32,416 nucleotides of DNA. Origin: Asterionella formosa (taxonomy: Eukaryota). Positions 29,441-32,416 of this stretch are shown here, in pieces (positions within the stretch are counted from its first letter, which is position 1; each line of letters begins with the position of its first letter). Under the pieces are notes generated by a model that was not told the origin of the DNA, did no database searches, and saw only the letters and a program-made list of their open reading frames with translations. The stretch is taken from contig NKIB01000458.1 in the NCBI GenBank assembly GCA_002256025.1, forward strand, positions 1 to 32,416. The letters run 5' to 3'. The position numbers and the translations under genes are program-made.

Positions 29441-31570
29441 CTACCCTTAGGCATGCTGCCGCAGCAAGCTTATTTGTGGGAAAAGAATAATATCCAGTTG
29501 TCTGCATATGAAGCTGGTAGTTGGCGCGTATTTCCGGTAGTAGAGGAGCTGATGGGAAGCAACCACATTCACATGGTAAATGTTAACTGGAAAAATAAAA
29601 GGAAAATTTTTTTTGTTTAATTTTGAATAAAATGAAATAGTTTGTAGAATTCCAGCTGGCGGAATGTATACACTGTAGAAATGGTGGACATACCGCAGGA
29701 TATACTAATAGTAGAAGTACATAGCAGGCCAGCTTAGCTACCATGTGAGCACGAAGCTAGGCTTTTGGTGGTGTGTGTGTCAGCTGTTGGTGTTACCTGG
29801 GTTGCATAGCTACACATGGCATTGGTGTTGGCATTAATATAGTATATTTGTTGTGCTGAACTCCTGGAATGGCATGTGAATGTGCAAACTACCTGGGATT
29901 GCCCAAATGTTTTTCCTCGCATGATCTCTATGTGCTAGATAGTAGTACTTGGATGACCACCATTATAGGGGTGATTGTTTTATTAGTATTGAAATAATGG
30001 TCGCCAGTGAAGTGAGTGACGTTGAAGATGAGGCCCAATAGTATACTAGGCACAATGCTCTTGTATTGGTGAGTACCAATATTGTGCTTGGTAGGGGATA
30101 AGTGCAGTCGTTGTAGTTCCGTAAATGGATATGTCATTTCCGGTGGTGAATGGCCCATGAAGCAAGGAGCATGGGTAAAAGAGATGTAATTAAATCTCAG
30201 AATAGCTGCTTTAGTGGCTATAGTAGGTGGATTATAGTTGTAGAAGGTGTGCAGGGAGCTCGCATTTGGTCTTAATGAGCGGCATAGAACACACAATCGT
30301 GATTGTCAGACAAGCCATAAGGTTGTGTAGATAGCATGACAAAACGCCAGCCAGGGGCCGCCAGCATAACTTAAATAGTATTTGAATAGCCGTAAAACCG
30401 GTAGTATGTAGTATCATGCAGGCACACACTCTAAGGAAGTGTGCGGAGAAAGGGGACAATTCTTTTCTTGGTATGTAATAATGTATACTGTGCTGGCCAG
30501 GTATAGCTAGTTGTCTACGTTGTCTAACATTGGTAGACGTGATGAGTCTCATATTTCGGAATTTTTCCACATAAAGAGAGGATTATTTTGTTCTTTCCAC
30601 ATCCTCTGTGCTATTGCTTAAACCAAAGCAATGCGACAGTCTATGACTGTTATTTGTCGAATTTCCGATTTGGTTGCTTCTATGGTCCATTTAGATCGCT
30701 TCCATCGTTGTTTGTCGTTCCGTACTGTCGTTTTGATTCGATGGTATCTATCTACATAAGAACCAATGTATTTATCAATGACTACTCTTTGAAGATGTAT
30801 TGTGCTGTTGTTGATCATATTTGTTGATTTGTATAGTCATTGACAATGATGTCAATATTCCTGCCAAGCGATGCTTTTCTTCTTGTACCAACGCCCTTTG
30901 CTACCTTTCTAATACAAGTTCGTATCACAAGCTACGTAAATTCAGCTAGAGGGAGTCGATAGTGTTGGAGCTTCCTGCTGGCGATCATGATCAATCAGAA
31001 TGGATTGAAATGGAATGATGATCAGGGTTGTTTGGTGGGAGGAACGACTGTGGGCGAAAAGACTGCAAGCAACTTGGGTCACGCTACTACAACAGCGATG
31101 TTCATGGTTGCAGCAACCAGATCATCTACGCTACATCACAATGGAGATTTCAGTTGGGTTGAGGGTTTTTCTTCTTATCTGTTTTATTTTGTGATGGAAT
31201 TTTGCCTGTGTAAGTACTACAATATGTACGTCTCAACTGAAACTCCTATTTTTGCTTCATTTCTAACCCAAAACAATTTTTTCTAATTCTTATTTGATGC
31301 TACTTATTACATCGCATTTCATACTTTGGTTGCTCCAAACATCATGTCCAATTTTCATTGATGTTGCATGTTACAATCATTCTCCTGTGTTTTACGCTTG
31401 TTGTACCATCTCTATGCATATTGCCGTTATTCTGGCTGTCTTGCAAAAATCGGCAATTTTATTCCCAAAAAATTCAATATGCCCCATATTGCCCCTAAAT
31501 GAAAATTACTTAGAGCCTAAAAATTACTTAGAAGGTGGGGAATTTTAGGTTAAATTAATTGCCCCTGAGG

Positions 31571-31720
31571 GTCATTTTAGGTTATTCCGCACCTAAAATT
31601 CAGGAAATGATTGAGAATATTTTCTCGTCCTACAGACAAATGTTGGTACAAGGCTACAGACGAAGTTAAACTTCCTTTTCAGATCTTGGAATTTTAGGTG
31701 CGGGAAAACCTAATAATGAC
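31571..31720. repeat. Inverted repeat (31-32-bp arms, 87-bp spacer), probable MITE or transposon subterminal region
   Basis: gtcattttaggttattccgcacctaaaattc (31571-31601) versus gaattttaggtgcgggaaaacctaataatgac (31689-31720): 2 mismatches and 1 indel. The motif gaattttaggt also occurs at about 31540. Confidence 0.75.
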
Positions 31721-32416
31721 TCCCTGCATTCAATACTTTTGTACAGTGTAAAACGGATGACGGATTCTGATGGTTCATACCGTACTTAGCTTGAGGTCGG
31801 TACGTGATGCATTGGATGTACCGGTACCAGGCAACAGGTACCTGATAGGCACCTGACATCGAGCATTGATGTACCGGTAGATAAATAGAGAATTATACTT
31901 GACGGTACTTATGACTTACTATGATATTATGGAGTATCAATACCGGTACGAGGTACCAGGTACCTGGTACCTGATGGATGCGCATACATACATGTCAGTA
32001 CGTACCGGTGTGTTGTAGAATCTTGTCGGCATGAACTTTTCTTTGTCCTTGTCATTAAATATTGCGAAACCATATGATCGGTCTACATTTTGCCACGGCT
32101 CACCTTTGTCATTGCTAGCTACGGATGTGCTCATTTGTATGAAGCGATGATCGATTATCGCAGCAATCAACCGAAGTCCATGCTGTCTCGTCAATCTCTG
32201 AAATACTAGCTAGTAGTATGCAGCAAAATTGCGGGTGAACTTTGGGTTGTGGTATCTTGTGACAGTTGCATGTTGGTAATGCGACCACCATTCTAACAGC
32301 TCGTTGCATGTGTGGATGTGATTTTAAAATAGAATGTTGATGACTAGATATCATGACAGCCATGAAAATGTTCGTTTGATTATGTAGTCGTCTGATTTAT
32401 TCTGTTTACCATCCAT

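Noticed and set aside
29700..31290. Several 60-120-aa ORFs that might be a decayed retroelement or hAT transposase
   Set aside because: No RT, integrase, RNase H or convincing hAT dimerisation motif identified by eye.

Overview
Eukaryotic nuclear DNA, most likely a diatom or related stramenopile. This is an inference from the short GT-AG introns, compact genes and gene families; no prokaryotic operon, CRISPR array or rRNA is seen. Host genes: a 905-aa protein with a degenerate Bub1-like kinase domain plus coiled coil; a minimal tRNA-splicing endonuclease catalytic subunit (Sen2/Sen34-like); PNO1/DIM2 with one 261-nt intron that appears to host an H/ACA-type snoRNA; DGAT2; a signal-peptide-bearing C69 dipeptidase; ZPR1 with a C-terminal extension; a stand-alone aspartate carbamoyltransferase; and a CRAL-TRIO protein. 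Intergenic regions are packed with DNA-transposon material: a Kolobok-like element cut by the left window edge (transposase plus a KolX/P2X7-ballast-like ORF, TTAA|GG end); a decayed two-ORF PIF/Harbinger element with a second partial copy in the ZPR1/ATCase divergent promoter; two TA-flanked TIR elements; a tRNA-Ala-like relic; GGTACC-rich clusters; and several diverged local duplications. All family assignments come from motif recognition by eye and have not been checked by database search.
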